This document shows, piece by piece, positions 29,543 through 40,501 of a DNA stretch of 64,000 bases. Source of the stretch: Nitrosopumilus sp. (lineage in GTDB: Archaea > Thermoproteota > Nitrososphaeria > Nitrososphaerales > Nitrosopumilaceae). The notes below the pieces were generated by a model that worked only from the letters and a program-made list of their open reading frames with translations, did no database searches and was not told where the DNA came from. A program made the translations under genes and the position numbers. Where the stretch lies: assembly GCA_965205425.1 (NCBI GenBank), contig CBDBGZ010000004.1:96001-160000 (forward strand), given 5' to 3'. The first letter of the stretch is position 1. Every line of letters starts with the position of its first letter.

Positions 29543-30358
29543 TTACATATCTTTTCTTTTAAAATTAATGATTGACAAAAAGCCACAAACCAGAATATAG
29601 AAAGTGAATACGATTACACTAATCTGATAAGTTGGAACTCCTTCTACATTTCCAAAAAAGCCTAGAAAAGAACCAGCTTCAGGAGTAAGAACAGTAACAA
29701 TAATTCCTGCAGCAAAAGTCAATAAAACACCAAAAATCATAGAAGATTCTTTGGCAACTACAGAAAGGTAAAGTTGCAGTGCAGGTAATGCCATTAACAA
29801 CAATACCAAAGTAGCAACAACAGTTATTGCAGTACTCTTAAACATTGAACTAAACAAAAATACCACACTCATCACGGCAGTAGAAACTAATAATGCAAAC
29901 AAGAAAGACCACAAAAGTTCAACAGGAATAGCACCGAAATTATACAAAAGTCCCATAGAGATAGAAATGTAGTAAATAGTGAGAATTGCAAATAATACAA
30001 TCTGAGATGCAATAAATTTACCAAGCCAGATAGATGTTCTAGTGACGGGTTCTGGGAATAGAGTATATCCTGTTTTCTGACTAAATTCAGAAGACAAAGT
30101 GTTTCCTCCAATCATAACAGCTAAAATAACTATAAGGTATAGTAGATGGGCTACTTTGATTGCAGCATATGAGGTAGGTTCAACATTAGCAAACCCCATA
30201 ACATTTTGGGTTTCAGGTAAAACGACAAAAAGTAATGTGAGTAACAGAGTTACTCCAATTACTCCAATGATTTTTTTACTGTGAACTAGTTTTTTTAACT
30301 CATGTTTAGTTACAGTAGTAATCTGTGCTTTTTGAGTAGGTAATTTTCTAGTTGTCAA
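29543..30358 (-). CDS. ABC-2 type transporter permease
   Basis: Six TM segments; SSEFSQKTGYTLFPEPVTRTSIWLGKF motif. Confidence 0.9.
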   Translation of the reverse strand: MTTRKLPTQKAQITTVTKHELKKLVHSKKIIGVIGVTLLLTLLFVVLPETQNVMGFANVEPTSYAAIKVAHLLYLIVILAVMIGGNTLSSEFSQKTGYTLFPEPVTRTSIWLGKFIASQIVLFAILTIYYISISMGLLYNFGAIPVELLWSFLFALLVSTAVMSVVFLFSSMFKSTAITVVATLVLLLMALPALQLYLSVVAKESSMIFGVLLTFAAGIIVTVLTPEAGSFLGFFGNVEGVPTYQISVIVFTFYILVCGFLSIINFKRKDM

Positions 30359-30361
30359 AAT

Positions 30362-31315
30362 CTACCTCGTTGATTCGGATATCCAATCCATGTACATTTG
30401 TTCAAGATCTGAATCAACCGTATGAAATGATGTGATCTTCAGACCAATATTTTGTAGAGAAACTAGAAGATCTGCTTGCTGATCTTTTAGAATATTATGT
30501 TTGAGTAACAAAGTAGAATCATCTTGTTTGAGATCAACTATTCCATCTAACTCAATAATTGATGATATTTGTTGTGGGGAAATAGGAGAAATAGTCTGAA
30601 CTTCAATTTGTTCGGTACCAATATCAGAGATTTTTTGAAAATCAACTAGTTTTCCTTTATCAATTACAGCAATAGTATCACAGATATCTTGAATTTCGCT
30701 TAAGATATGAGAGCTGATGAATAACGTCTTACCTTGTTCTCTTAATGATTTGAATATCTCAGTCATCTCTTGTCTTCCTCTAGGATCAAGACCATCTGTG
30801 GGTTCATCCAAGATTAGTAATGAAGGGTCATGTAGTATTGCAGATGCAATTCCTACACGTTGTCTCATTCCTTTAGAAAAGGTACCAATTTTTTCTTTTT
30901 TCCATTTGGTTAGTTTGACAAGTTCCAAAACAATATTCATTCGAGATTGAATGTATTCATCATCCATGCCTCTAAGTTTACCAAAATAAGACATGATATC
31001 TTCAGGAGTAAGATAAGATACAAACGAAGGAGTTTCAACTAAAGATCCTACATCAAACAAAGCATGTCGAATATCTTTTGTAACATCAAATCCATTGATA
31101 TATGCAGTTCCATAAGTTGGAGATATAGTTCCAGTGAGAATTTTGATGGTGGTAGATTTTCCTGCACCATTGGGACCTACAAATGCAACAGCAGTACCGC
31201 GCTTAATGTGAAGATTGAGTTTGTTTACTGATGCAGTTACACCGTACACTTTGGTAAGATTTTCCAATACCAAAATATCATTATCAGATTTTGTAGTTTG
31301 AGACATCAGATACAC
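30362..31315 (-). CDS. ABC transporter ATP-binding protein
   Basis: GPNGAGKST, FSKGMRQR and LILDEP motifs. Confidence 0.95.
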   Translation of the reverse strand: MYLMSQTTKSDNDILVLENLTKVYGVTASVNKLNLHIKRGTAVAFVGPNGAGKSTTIKILTGTISPTYGTAYINGFDVTKDIRHALFDVGSLVETPSFVSYLTPEDIMSYFGKLRGMDDEYIQSRMNIVLELVKLTKWKKEKIGTFSKGMRQRVGIASAILHDPSLLILDEPTDGLDPRGRQEMTEIFKSLREQGKTLFISSHILSEIQDICDTIAVIDKGKLVDFQKISDIGTEQIEVQTISPISPQQISSIIELDGIVDLKQDDSTLLLKHNILKDQQADLLVSLQNIGLKITSFHTVDSDLEQMYMDWISESTR

Positions 31316-31434
31316 TCCAACGTTTAAGAAGATATAAAACTCATGGTGTGATAATAATGAAAATCACATACTATTATTTTACTAACCCTCATGTCGTTTA
31401 TTTTACAATATTATAATCAAGTGCCATGCTACAA

Positions 31435-31713
31435 CTATTTTATTTGAACACCATTCCAAAATGCCACCATTCCTTTAATTTTAGAGGCGGCATCATTTGG
31501 TTCAGCATAATACCAAGCACAATCTTTGTTAGTTTTTCCATTAACTTCTACAGAATAATAGTTGGCCATTCCTTTCCATCCACAAAAAGTGGTTAATTCA
31601 GTTTTTTTGAAATATTCTTGCTTGATTGAATTAAATGGAAAATAGGGATTTCCTTCTACTTCAATGGTATCATCACTTTCTGCAATTACTACATCATTCC
31701 ATATTGCTTGCAT
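31435..31713 (-). CDS. DUF427 family protein
   Basis: VEGNPYFP, CGWKG.ANYY and AWYY motifs. Confidence 0.9.
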   Translation of the reverse strand: MQAIWNDVVIAESDDTIEVEGNPYFPFNSIKQEYFKKTELTTFCGWKGMANYYSVEVNGKTNKDCAWYYAEPNDAASKIKGMVAFWNGVQIK

Positions 31714-31761
31714 GATTAAAGAAATTTTTTAACGATATTTAATCAATTCTCTGAATTAACA

Positions 31762-33228
31762 CTAGTTTGTTGCCTTTACTTGTTCACGTTTTGTAAAATC
31801 GGGTTTTATTCCCAAGGAATCATAGTTTCCAGAAGAACAAGTGAAGCACATGGAATCTTTTGGAATTCCTACGGCATCAGCTAAATTTTCAGCATCATTA
31901 TATCCCAAAAAGTCAACTCCAATACTTTGTCTTACCATCTCAGTAATCTCATTACTAGTCATAGTTTTTCCATCAGTGTATGTTGCAAGTTCTTCTTGAG
32001 AGGGGAAATCAATTCCAGCATAACAAGGATAGTTAATTTGAGGATATGTGATCAACATACTAATTTTTTTAGCACCAGCACGACGAAGGGCTTTGATAAT
32101 TGCCTTGGAACTTGTACCTCTAACTAGACTATCATCAATTACAACTACGTGTTTATCTTTAATTATTTCACTAATTGGGATAATCCAACGATTGATTTCA
32201 ACTCTATCACTTTGATGGGGTTCAATGAAACTTCGTAATGGACCTTTCTTACTGTATCTATCTTTTAGTAAGCCTTCATCAAAGGATACCCCAAGTTCTT
32301 GAGCATAACCTAATGCGGCAGGTCGTGCAGAATCAGGTACAGGTATAACTAAATCTGCATCTTTGATTGGAAATTTTTTTGCCATAAATTGGCCGATTTT
32401 TTTCCGGGAAACGTAAATATTTTTTCCTTCCATTTTGCTTGAGGGATGTGCAAAGTAAGTAAATTCAAAAGAACAATGTGCACGAGAAGTATCAGTTGAA
32501 AATTTTTCAGTTTCCAAACCAGTTTTACTTAATTTAATTAATTCCCCAGGTACTACATCTCTTTGAAGTTCAGCACCAACTGCAGTAACTGCTGTAGATT
32601 CAGAGGTTACAATGTATGTGTCATCAGATTCCTTATGTCCTAAAACCATCGGACGAAATCCCTTAGGATCACGTGCGGCATAAACAGAATTATCATCAGA
32701 GATAAATGTGAAACAATAAGAGCCAACCATTTCATTTTTGAGAATGGATAGTGCTTTTCCCATTTCACCATTTTCAGAAATTAATGAAACAAGTCTTTCT
32801 GCTGCAACCAAAGTATCACTGGCATTTTGAGGAGTAAACGAGCATCCTCCAACTAAATTAGATAATTCTTGAGCATTAGCAATTGTTCCATTATGAGCAA
32901 CACATAGATCTTTTACTTTCAATGGTTGTGCATTGTCCAAAGTACTAGTTCCCATTGTAGAATATCTAACATGCCCAATGACACATGGGGATTCATACTC
33001 TTTGGCAATTTTTTTAAAATCAGATGAAGAATGAGAAACTAGTCCAACTTTTTTAAACGGAGGTTTGTTTGGAACTGCAAATCCCCAAGCTTCTTGCCCC
33101 CTATGTTGTAAAGCCCGTAAAGCATCAAAAACCATCGGAACTACATTCTTTCCAGATAAACTGTAAATTCCAACAACACCACAATTTTCCTTTACCTTAG
33201 GCAAATCTATGATATCTCCCGAGCACAA
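31762..33228 (-). CDS. purF: Amidophosphoribosyltransferase
   Basis: ENCGVVG, LQHRGQE and DDSLVRGTS motifs; true start may be slightly downstream. Confidence 0.97.
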   Translation of the reverse strand: MCSGDIIDLPKVKENCGVVGIYSLSGKNVVPMVFDALRALQHRGQEAWGFAVPNKPPFKKVGLVSHSSSDFKKIAKEYESPCVIGHVRYSTMGTSTLDNAQPLKVKDLCVAHNGTIANAQELSNLVGGCSFTPQNASDTLVAAERLVSLISENGEMGKALSILKNEMVGSYCFTFISDDNSVYAARDPKGFRPMVLGHKESDDTYIVTSESTAVTAVGAELQRDVVPGELIKLSKTGLETEKFSTDTSRAHCSFEFTYFAHPSSKMEGKNIYVSRKKIGQFMAKKFPIKDADLVIPVPDSARPAALGYAQELGVSFDEGLLKDRYSKKGPLRSFIEPHQSDRVEINRWIIPISEIIKDKHVVVIDDSLVRGTSSKAIIKALRRAGAKKISMLITYPQINYPCYAGIDFPSQEELATYTDGKTMTSNEITEMVRQSIGVDFLGYNDAENLADAVGIPKDSMCFTCSSGNYDSLGIKPDFTKREQVKATN

Positions 33229-33548
33229 AATGATGAGAAAAGGTTAGAAAAAGTGTAAAACTCAGCTGATAAATCAAATAATGACTCCATCCCCTGATCC
33301 ATTACCAACTTTGAACAATAAAAATGCTGATCACTTTATGCGATCAAGGACAGATTTCGTTAGAAGTCTTGTCAAAACCCTTCTTCATTTGAATCGAGTT
33401 CTTTATTGACCTGCTCAAATGACATTTCCTTTTTTTGGCATGATTCACATTTTTCCATAATACCAAATTGATTCTTGTATTTTCCTTTTCCATCACATCT
33501 AAAACAAACCAATCTGTTCTGATGAGGATCAATACAAATTAAGGTTTT

Positions 33549-33686
33549 CTAATATTTTCGAGGCTTTTTTCCTTTTTTCTTTCTTTGTTGTTCACTCTTG
33601 TATTTTTTAATACGTTCTTTTTGTTTAGCTAACTTTTCGCCTTTTTGTTTTCTATCAGATTTTTTCTTTGATTTTTTATCAGTCAT
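33549..33686 (-). CDS. Small highly basic protein (45 aa)
   Basis: MTDKKSKKKSDRKQKGEKLAKQKERIKKYKSEQQRKKKGKKPRKY, directly after purL. Confidence 0.5.
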   Translation of the reverse strand: MTDKKSKKKSDRKQKGEKLAKQKERIKKYKSEQQRKKKGKKPRKY

Positions 33687-33691
33687 CAATA

Positions 33692-35869
33692 TCAAAAAGT
33701 TTTCTTACCGTGAAGAACTAAATTTGGAAGTGCATGTAACCATGTTTTGTGAGTTTTCTCAACATCAAGAGTGATGACAGATTTTGAATCATTGTTAAAT
33801 TGAATTGCCTCACCACCGAACTGACCAATATGATTAAAAGAAACTTTGTTCTCATTGAGGATATTCTCAATATCTGAGAGATTCTTCTTATCAAAAGATA
33901 TCAAATATCTAGAATGGCTTTCTGAAAATAGAATTCTATCAACATCTAATTTTTCACCAGGAACTTTATCCAATGACACAGTGCAGCCGATTTGATTAGT
34001 CATACATAGTTCAGATACTGCAATTGTCAATCCTCCTTTGGAGCAATCATGTGCAGATTTGATGAGAGAGTTATTAATTATATCAAGAACTGATTTCATA
34101 TTTTTCTTTGAATCCTCAAAGTTAACCGCGGGACATGTTCCACCCACAAATTTGTGTACATATTCAAAGTATTCAGAGCCACCAAGCTCATCTTTAGTAT
34201 CACCAATAATCAATAAGCAATCACCATCAGAGATTTTCTGAGGAACTGAGGGTTTTCTGTCAATTAATCCAATAACACCAATTACAGGGGTGGGTTTTAT
34301 CGAGCCTTTTGGAGTCTCATTGTATAGACTCACCTTTCCACCAACGCATGGGATTTCAAAAAATTTAGCAAAATCAGTTAATCCTTTTAATGATTCTAAA
34401 AAGGTCCAGAAAATTTCAGGATCAGTAGGATTGCCAAATTGGAGGTGATCAAGCATTCCAATTGGTTTAGCTCCAGTACATACAACATTTCTACACGCTT
34501 CCTCAAAACATCCAATTGCACCTTCACGTGGATTAATGTAGCATTGTTTTGGATTACCATCAATTTTTGCAGAAAGGTATTTTCCATTATCTAATCTCAA
34601 TACAGATGCATCAGTTCCGGGTTTTACCACAGTTCTAATTCCTACTTCATGATCATATTGTCCATAGACCCAAATTTTGCTTGCAATGTTTGGGGATGCA
34701 AGTAATTTCATCAGAGTTTCAGAATAATCAGAAGTTGGTTTGAATTGTTTTTCAGTTTTAATAGTTTTCAAATAAGCAGGTTCCTTTGAAGGTAAATCAA
34801 GTAGGGTTGCATTTGCTACAACATCAGCAGGTAAATTTGCAACTGTTTTCCCTCCTTTTTTGACATGCACTTGATTATCAAATTTTACATGGCCAATTAC
34901 AGAGCAACCAATACGAAATTTGTCGCAGATTTCTTCTAGTTTTTTGAGTTTTGTTTTACTAGTAACAATTAACATTCTTTCTTGAGATTCAGAAACCATA
35001 ATTTCATCAGGATGCATGTCAGATTCTCTAGTGTGAACTTTGTCAACATCCATTTCAATTCCAACTTCCATGGCATCAGCAGTTTCTGAAACTGCACAGG
35101 ACAAGCCACCACCACCAAGATCTTTCATTGCATGAATTAAACCATCATTTCGAGCCTGTAAAACTGCCTCAATGATTAATTTCTCAATGAAAGGGTCAGG
35201 AATTTGAACGGCAGAACGGTCTTCAGATTCTAAAGAATCAGATGCAAATTGAGAGCCACCAATACCATCTCTACCAGTAGAACCTCCCATCAATACTACA
35301 ATGTCATCTTTCTCGACATGATTTTTGATCAAGTTTTCTTTTTTACCAAAACCTAGTGCAGCAACATCAACCATTGCATAATTTTCATAACATTCATCAA
35401 ACTCCACTTCACCACCAATAGTTGGAATACCTAAACAGTTTCCATAATCCGCAATTCCAGTAACTGCATTTTTGAAAAGCCATCTTGCTTGCAAATCATT
35501 TTCAATATTTCCAAATCTCAATCCATCAAAAATTGCAATAGGTCTAGTTCCAGCAGATAAGATATCTCGAATTACTCCACCAACACCAGTAGCAGCACCA
35601 CCGTATGGCTCTACAGCAGATGGATGATTATGACTTTCAATATGTGCTGTAACCACATAACCATCACCAACATCTAAAACTCCAGAATCATATCCTTTCT
35701 CATTAATTACAAGAGGACCATCCATTGGCAACATTTTCAGATGTCGTTTGGAAGATTTGTAAGAACAATGCTCAGACCATTCTGCAGCTACGATTTGAAG
35801 TTCAGTTGAAGTTGGATCTCTACCAATTTTTGATTTCAACTCAGAGCGTTCTTGATCTTCTAGACTCAT
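33692..35869 (-). CDS. purL: FGAM synthase subunit PurL
   Basis: WSEHCSYKSS, ESHNHPS and SESQERM motifs. Confidence 0.98.
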   Translation of the reverse strand: MSLEDQERSELKSKIGRDPTSTELQIVAAEWSEHCSYKSSKRHLKMLPMDGPLVINEKGYDSGVLDVGDGYVVTAHIESHNHPSAVEPYGGAATGVGGVIRDILSAGTRPIAIFDGLRFGNIENDLQARWLFKNAVTGIADYGNCLGIPTIGGEVEFDECYENYAMVDVAALGFGKKENLIKNHVEKDDIVVLMGGSTGRDGIGGSQFASDSLESEDRSAVQIPDPFIEKLIIEAVLQARNDGLIHAMKDLGGGGLSCAVSETADAMEVGIEMDVDKVHTRESDMHPDEIMVSESQERMLIVTSKTKLKKLEEICDKFRIGCSVIGHVKFDNQVHVKKGGKTVANLPADVVANATLLDLPSKEPAYLKTIKTEKQFKPTSDYSETLMKLLASPNIASKIWVYGQYDHEVGIRTVVKPGTDASVLRLDNGKYLSAKIDGNPKQCYINPREGAIGCFEEACRNVVCTGAKPIGMLDHLQFGNPTDPEIFWTFLESLKGLTDFAKFFEIPCVGGKVSLYNETPKGSIKPTPVIGVIGLIDRKPSVPQKISDGDCLLIIGDTKDELGGSEYFEYVHKFVGGTCPAVNFEDSKKNMKSVLDIINNSLIKSAHDCSKGGLTIAVSELCMTNQIGCTVSLDKVPGEKLDVDRILFSESHSRYLISFDKKNLSDIENILNENKVSFNHIGQFGGEAIQFNNDSKSVITLDVEKTHKTWLHALPNLVLHGKKTF

Positions 35870-36546
35870 TTAGTGACACCCATTTGTGTTAACAGTGATT
35901 CAAAGATAAGAGAAGAAGGTTTATTATCAATTGGATTAATGTCAGATTCAACTGCCCTTTCAGGGTGAGGCATCATGCCCACAACATTTCCATCCTCATT
36001 ACATACGCCTGCAATTCTATTTGCAGAGCCATTTATAACCTCAGAATATCTAAAAACAATTTGGTTTTTCTTTTTTAATTCATTCATAGTATTATCATCA
36101 ACATAATATCGTCCTTCACCATTAGCTATTGGAATTGGGATTGTCTCATTTAGTTTGAATTGATTTGTAAATGGAGTTTTGTTGTTTTCTACTATCAAAT
36201 TAGTCCATTCACACATAAAATTAAGAGATTCATTTTTGAGCAATACTCCTGGAAGTAATCCAGATTCTACAAGAATTTGAAATCCATTACACACACCTAA
36301 AACAGGGATTCCTTTTTCAGCCATTTTTTGTACATCTTTGATAATTGGACTATGAGCTGCGATAACACCAGCTCTCAATCTATCACCATAAGAAAATCCT
36401 CCTGGAAGAATTACAGCATCAATATTTTCAGGCAATCCTTTTTCGTGCCAATAATATTCTGCATTAAGATGAAATACATCAGTCAATACGTGAAACATGT
36501 CACGATCACAATTACTACCTGGAAAAACTACAACTCCAACTTTCAC
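35866..36546 (-). CDS. purQ: FGAM synthase glutaminase subunit PurQ
   Basis: FPGSNCD, GVCNGFQ and MPHPER motifs. Confidence 0.98.
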   Translation of the reverse strand: MKVGVVVFPGSNCDRDMFHVLTDVFHLNAEYYWHEKGLPENIDAVILPGGFSYGDRLRAGVIAAHSPIIKDVQKMAEKGIPVLGVCNGFQILVESGLLPGVLLKNESLNFMCEWTNLIVENNKTPFTNQFKLNETIPIPIANGEGRYYVDDNTMNELKKKNQIVFRYSEVINGSANRIAGVCNEDGNVVGMMPHPERAVESDINPIDNKPSSLIFESLLTQMGVTK

Positions 36547-36624
36547 AATTCTTCAAACATTCAGAGATATTTAATTTGAATCTAGTCTGAGTAAACTCTT
36601 ATGTATAAAAATCAGGTGATCGCC

Positions 36625-37041
36625 ATGACTCAAGTGAGAGACATTATGAAAAAAAATGTAATCACTATAGATTACACCAAAAATGCACTTGATGCAGCAG
36701 TAATTCTAAAAGAAAAAGAGATCAGTTTTCTTGTAATACTAAAGGAAGGTAAACCAGAAGGGATTGTTTCAGAAAGAGATATTGTAAGAAAAATTGTAGC
36801 AAAAGATATCAAATCATCACAAATTAAACTAGAAGAAATAATGTCTAAAAATTTCAAATGGGTAGAGCCTGAAACAGAAATTGAACACGCAGTTCAAAAG
36901 ATGTTAAATAACAACATTAGACGGTTAATCGTGCTTGAAGATGAAAATCTAGCCGGAGTAATAACTCAGACAAATTTAGCTGAAGTTCTCAGAAGCAAAC
37001 TTTTGATTAATGCCACAGTAGAGAATGTAAATTCAAAATAA
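36625..37041 (+). CDS. CBS-domain protein
   Basis: Tandem CBS pair (GIVSERD, GVITQTN). Confidence 0.9.
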   Translation: MTQVRDIMKKNVITIDYTKNALDAAVILKEKEISFLVILKEGKPEGIVSERDIVRKIVAKDIKSSQIKLEEIMSKNFKWVEPETEIEHAVQKMLNNNIRRLIVLEDENLAGVITQTNLAEVLRSKLLINATVENVNSK

Positions 37042-37043
37042 AA

Positions 37044-37304
37044 TTAATCTTCAAAAACATTAATCATAACTTTACTTACCATAGGGTTATAAATTCTCAA
37101 ACCATCACAGATTTCTTGTACTTTTGACTGAGCAGTTTTTTTATCATTTTCTTCAATTGTAAATTTTAACATCTTTGCAGTTTTAATTTTTGAAACTGAT
37201 TTGTGAGTTCCTTTGAGAACCAAATCATTTAGTATAGTTTCACCTTCAGGGTCACTAATTCCAGGTTTGTTTTCTATAGTTACATGAACTTGAAAAGTTG
37301 CCAT
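37044..37304 (-). CDS. purS: FGAM synthase subunit PurS
   Basis: KPGISDPEGETI and NPMV motifs. Confidence 0.93.
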   Translation of the reverse strand: MATFQVHVTIENKPGISDPEGETILNDLVLKGTHKSVSKIKTAKMLKFTIEENDKKTAQSKVQEICDGLRIYNPMVSKVMINVFED

Positions 37305-37639
37305 TTACAAATTGAAAAATCAAATCGAGGTTAATCTATCTTCCGAATAATTTTGTGCTTTTATACTTATTTTGAAACACACATCAGGTAACCCGGGTTT
37401 GAGGACTTGTGTTGTTAAGATATCTCCAGCCCAGATCCGGTTACTTTGAATTCATTTTTTCCTTAACATATTCTGTATAGATTCTATAAAGACCAGATTG
37501 ATAATTAGGATTTTTCAATATCAATGATTCATTTTTCAAATCTTCTTTTGATTGATACATATCTTTTTCAAAAATTCCTTTATCATCTAGAGTTATGCAA
37601 ATGTCTTGCCATGTAAATACCTCCTTGGAATTTCTATTA

Positions 37640-38681
37640 TATCTTTTCCGGAAATTATTTCACCCCTTAACTAGGAGAGCATCATTCCCATACTATCGTA
37701 TGCGTGGGTATCGTGGCATACCTATGGTAAAGTTAGATGAGAATAAGATCAGGTGGATTATACAATCTAAAAATGAAAAAGTCAAGAATTTAGATATTTC
37801 AGTAATCCTCAAGATAACGCCTAGAAGAGTACAACAAGTCTACTCTCAGTACAAAAAAACCAAAAAGATTCCCACACTCAAAAGACCAGGGCGTCCAAAA
37901 AAGCCAGTCACTGTACACGAGATAGAGCTAGTCAAACAAGTTCAAGAAAAATTTCATACAAACGCACTATACCTTGAGAAAATCATATCAAAATTGTACA
38001 ATACCAAGATAAACCACAATCGCATCCACAAGATTATGCTAGATGAAGGATTATCAGTTGAGCAACCACGGAAAAAGATGAGAAGAAAGTGGATCAGGTA
38101 TGAACGTGAATATTCAAATTCACTGTGGCATACTGACTGGCACACAATACATGATTCACGCTGGGCAGGAAAACAACTAATTGCATTTGAAGATGATGCC
38201 TCACGATTTATCACGGGTTTCGGAGTGTATGATGAGGCAACATCTGTGAATTCTTCTGAAGTACTATCTGATGCAATAAAGAATCACGGTAGACCAGCAT
38301 CTGTACTATCTGATAATGGAAAACAGTTCACATCAAATGTCAATACTCTTGATCATAACAAGCCAGTAGACTTTGAGCAGCAACTAATGAGACATCACGT
38401 AAAGCACTCTCGTACAAGAGTGAGACATCCACAAACAAATGGTAAGCTAGAAAAGTTCTGGGATATCTTTGAGTGTAAAATAGAATACTTTGAGTCAGTG
38501 GAGCAGTTTATGCATTGGTACAATCACATTAGAGTTCATGGCGCACTAGACTTGGATAACATGGAGACACCATCTGATGCGTATCACTCCAAGATGATAA
38601 CAAACGAAATACTCATAGACCCAAGCATTCTATGGAGGAATTACTCATGAAAGTGACACGAAATAATTTCTGGAAAGAACA
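37640..38681 (+). mobile_element. IS481-like element A copy 3 with 15-bp TSD ttggaatttctatta
   Basis: TSD at 37625-37639 and 38682-38696. Confidence 0.96.
37700..38650 (+). CDS. IS481-family transposase
   Basis: Same protein as copy 2; the ORF-track start at 37595 lies outside the IS. Confidence 0.93.
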   Translation: MRGYRGIPMVKLDENKIRWIIQSKNEKVKNLDISVILKITPRRVQQVYSQYKKTKKIPTLKRPGRPKKPVTVHEIELVKQVQEKFHTNALYLEKIISKLYNTKINHNRIHKIMLDEGLSVEQPRKKMRRKWIRYEREYSNSLWHTDWHTIHDSRWAGKQLIAFEDDASRFITGFGVYDEATSVNSSEVLSDAIKNHGRPASVLSDNGKQFTSNVNTLDHNKPVDFEQQLMRHHVKHSRTRVRHPQTNGKLEKFWDIFECKIEYFESVEQFMHWYNHIRVHGALDLDNMETPSDAYHSKMITNEILIDPSILWRNYS

Positions 38682-38979
38682 TTGGAATTTCTATTAGCAG
38701 TAGCATAATACACATACAATAATCGAAGTTTATTGTACTCATCAAGAATCATCTCTTTGCCAAGAACATATTTTCTTTTCAAAGATTGAAAATATACCAA
38801 ACCGTCTGCAGTTAATACATAATCAAAGAGTTTTGGATAATCATCAATTTTTACAGGGAATAACGGGTTTTGTGGATCTGGCACAGACAAATTATGAGAA
38901 TTTACTATAAAAAAAGACACAAAATCGCCTAGTCACATAGAGATGGAATTTATACCAGAATAATTTACAATATTGCATA

Positions 38980-39447
38980 ATGGCAAAAGGTAGAATGAGA
39001 TACTGGAAAATTACATCAGAAGAATTAGGCGGATATGCATATGATGAAAGCAATCTGCTAAATTGGGAGATTAAATGTATTAGAGAACCAGAAGAGGAGG
39101 CTCATTTTATCGGTGTTTTCATGTATAGAAATGGAACAGCGTATGATTATGAATCAGTCAAAGGAATCTGTTATTTTTACAACAACATTGACAGAAAAGA
39201 ACTTCCAGAAATTACCAAATTTCTTCAAGGAAAATACAACGGTAAGGAAATGGAGAAAGGAGATAGAATTATCCTAAAAGGTTCAGATGAAATCTACTCT
39301 GCTAAAGATATTGCAGAGTTAGCAAAAGAGATGGAAACTAAATTCAACACAAATGCTGTGATATCATTAGAATTTGGTGGAATTACTGCTGAAGCACTCA
39401 AAGAAGCAGGACTACCTGAAGCAAAATTATTGCCAATTCCCACATAA
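38980..39447 (+). CDS. Hypothetical protein
   Basis: Clean ORF with host-like codon usage. Confidence 0.8.
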   Translation: MAKGRMRYWKITSEELGGYAYDESNLLNWEIKCIREPEEEAHFIGVFMYRNGTAYDYESVKGICYFYNNIDRKELPEITKFLQGKYNGKEMEKGDRIILKGSDEIYSAKDIAELAKEMETKFNTNAVISLEFGGITAEALKEAGLPEAKLLPIPT

Positions 39448-39476
39448 TTGATATAGTTTGGAATAAAAGATATCAG

Positions 39477-40268
39477 ATGTCCGAATTGGAAGGCATTAAT
39501 CAACATCTCGAAGAGTTAAGAAAAAGATTAGTTCGAATTGTCATAGTGATTGGTGGAATTACTGCATTTTTACTAATGTTTCATGCAGAGCCAATTCAAA
39601 TAAACCAATTCACATTGTATTATCCAACACTAGAACCAGTCAACAACATAGCAGCACAAATTACAAATCATATGAGAATGAATCTAGTTCCAGAAGGAGT
39701 GCAACTAATTCAAACGGCACCAGGGCAAGCTTTCTTTGCTCAAATGTATGTTGCAGCACTTGTAGGTATTGTTGCAGGAATGCCAATAATCATTAAAGAG
39801 TTAGTAGGATTCATCAAGCCAGCGTTAAAAGAAAATGAAATTAATGTAAGCAGAAGTATTTCATTTCCTGCACTAGGATTATTCATTGTAGGCTGTGTTT
39901 TTTCTTATAATTTTGTAATTCCATACATGTTGGAATTTTTGTATAGATTTGGAGAAGCATCTGGACTAGTTACTTTTCTAAATGTAATGGAATTTGTAAC
40001 ATTTGTATTACAATTTTTGTTGGCATTTGGTTTTTCATTTCAACTTCCTCTGGTAATGTATGCAGTGTCAGCATCAGGTATGGTTGATGCAGATTTTTGG
40101 AGAAAAAACATCAGATATGCAATTGTAATCATAGTGATTTTTGGCGCAATAATTACTCCAGATGGGACAGGAGTAACAATGGTGTTTGTTGCAGGGCCGA
40201 TGATTGGATTGTATGCAGCAGGCATGTTCATAATTGAGCGTAAAGCCCGTAAGAAGTCTAACACTTAA
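39477..40268 (+). CDS. tatC: Twin-arginine translocase subunit TatC
   Basis: HLEELRKRL, FIKPAL, FQLP and AIITPDG motifs. Confidence 0.96.
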   Translation: MSELEGINQHLEELRKRLVRIVIVIGGITAFLLMFHAEPIQINQFTLYYPTLEPVNNIAAQITNHMRMNLVPEGVQLIQTAPGQAFFAQMYVAALVGIVAGMPIIIKELVGFIKPALKENEINVSRSISFPALGLFIVGCVFSYNFVIPYMLEFLYRFGEASGLVTFLNVMEFVTFVLQFLLAFGFSFQLPLVMYAVSASGMVDADFWRKNIRYAIVIIVIFGAIITPDGTGVTMVFVAGPMIGLYAAGMFIIERKARKKSNT

Positions 40269-40294
40269 ATCTGAAATAAGCAAATATGTTGTAA

Positions 40295-40501
40295 ATGCTA
40301 GGAAGTACTGAGATCATTGTATTGGTAGTGGTAATCGGAGTATTGATTTTTGGTGCAAAAAAAATTCCAGAACTAGCAAAAACATTTGGTAAAGCCAAAG
40401 GCGAATTTGAGCAAGGCAAAATTGAAGGAGATAAGAATCTCAAAGATTTCAAAGAAGAAATTAAGGGAACATCCAAGGACAAAGAAGTTAAATCTGATTA
40501 A
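40295..40501 (+). CDS. tatA: Twin-arginine translocase subunit TatA
   Basis: LIFGAKKIPELAKTFGKA motif. Confidence 0.95.
   Translation: MLGSTEIIVLVVVIGVLIFGAKKIPELAKTFGKAKGEFEQGKIEGDKNLKDFKEEIKGTSKDKEVKSD

Larger units (their letters stand above)
37441..38920 (-). pseudogene. Hypothetical gene interrupted by IS481-like copy 3
   Basis: Removing the IS and one TSD restores the frame ...ATANRNSKEVFTWQDIC...KEKMNSK* with stop at 37441. Confidence 0.88.
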
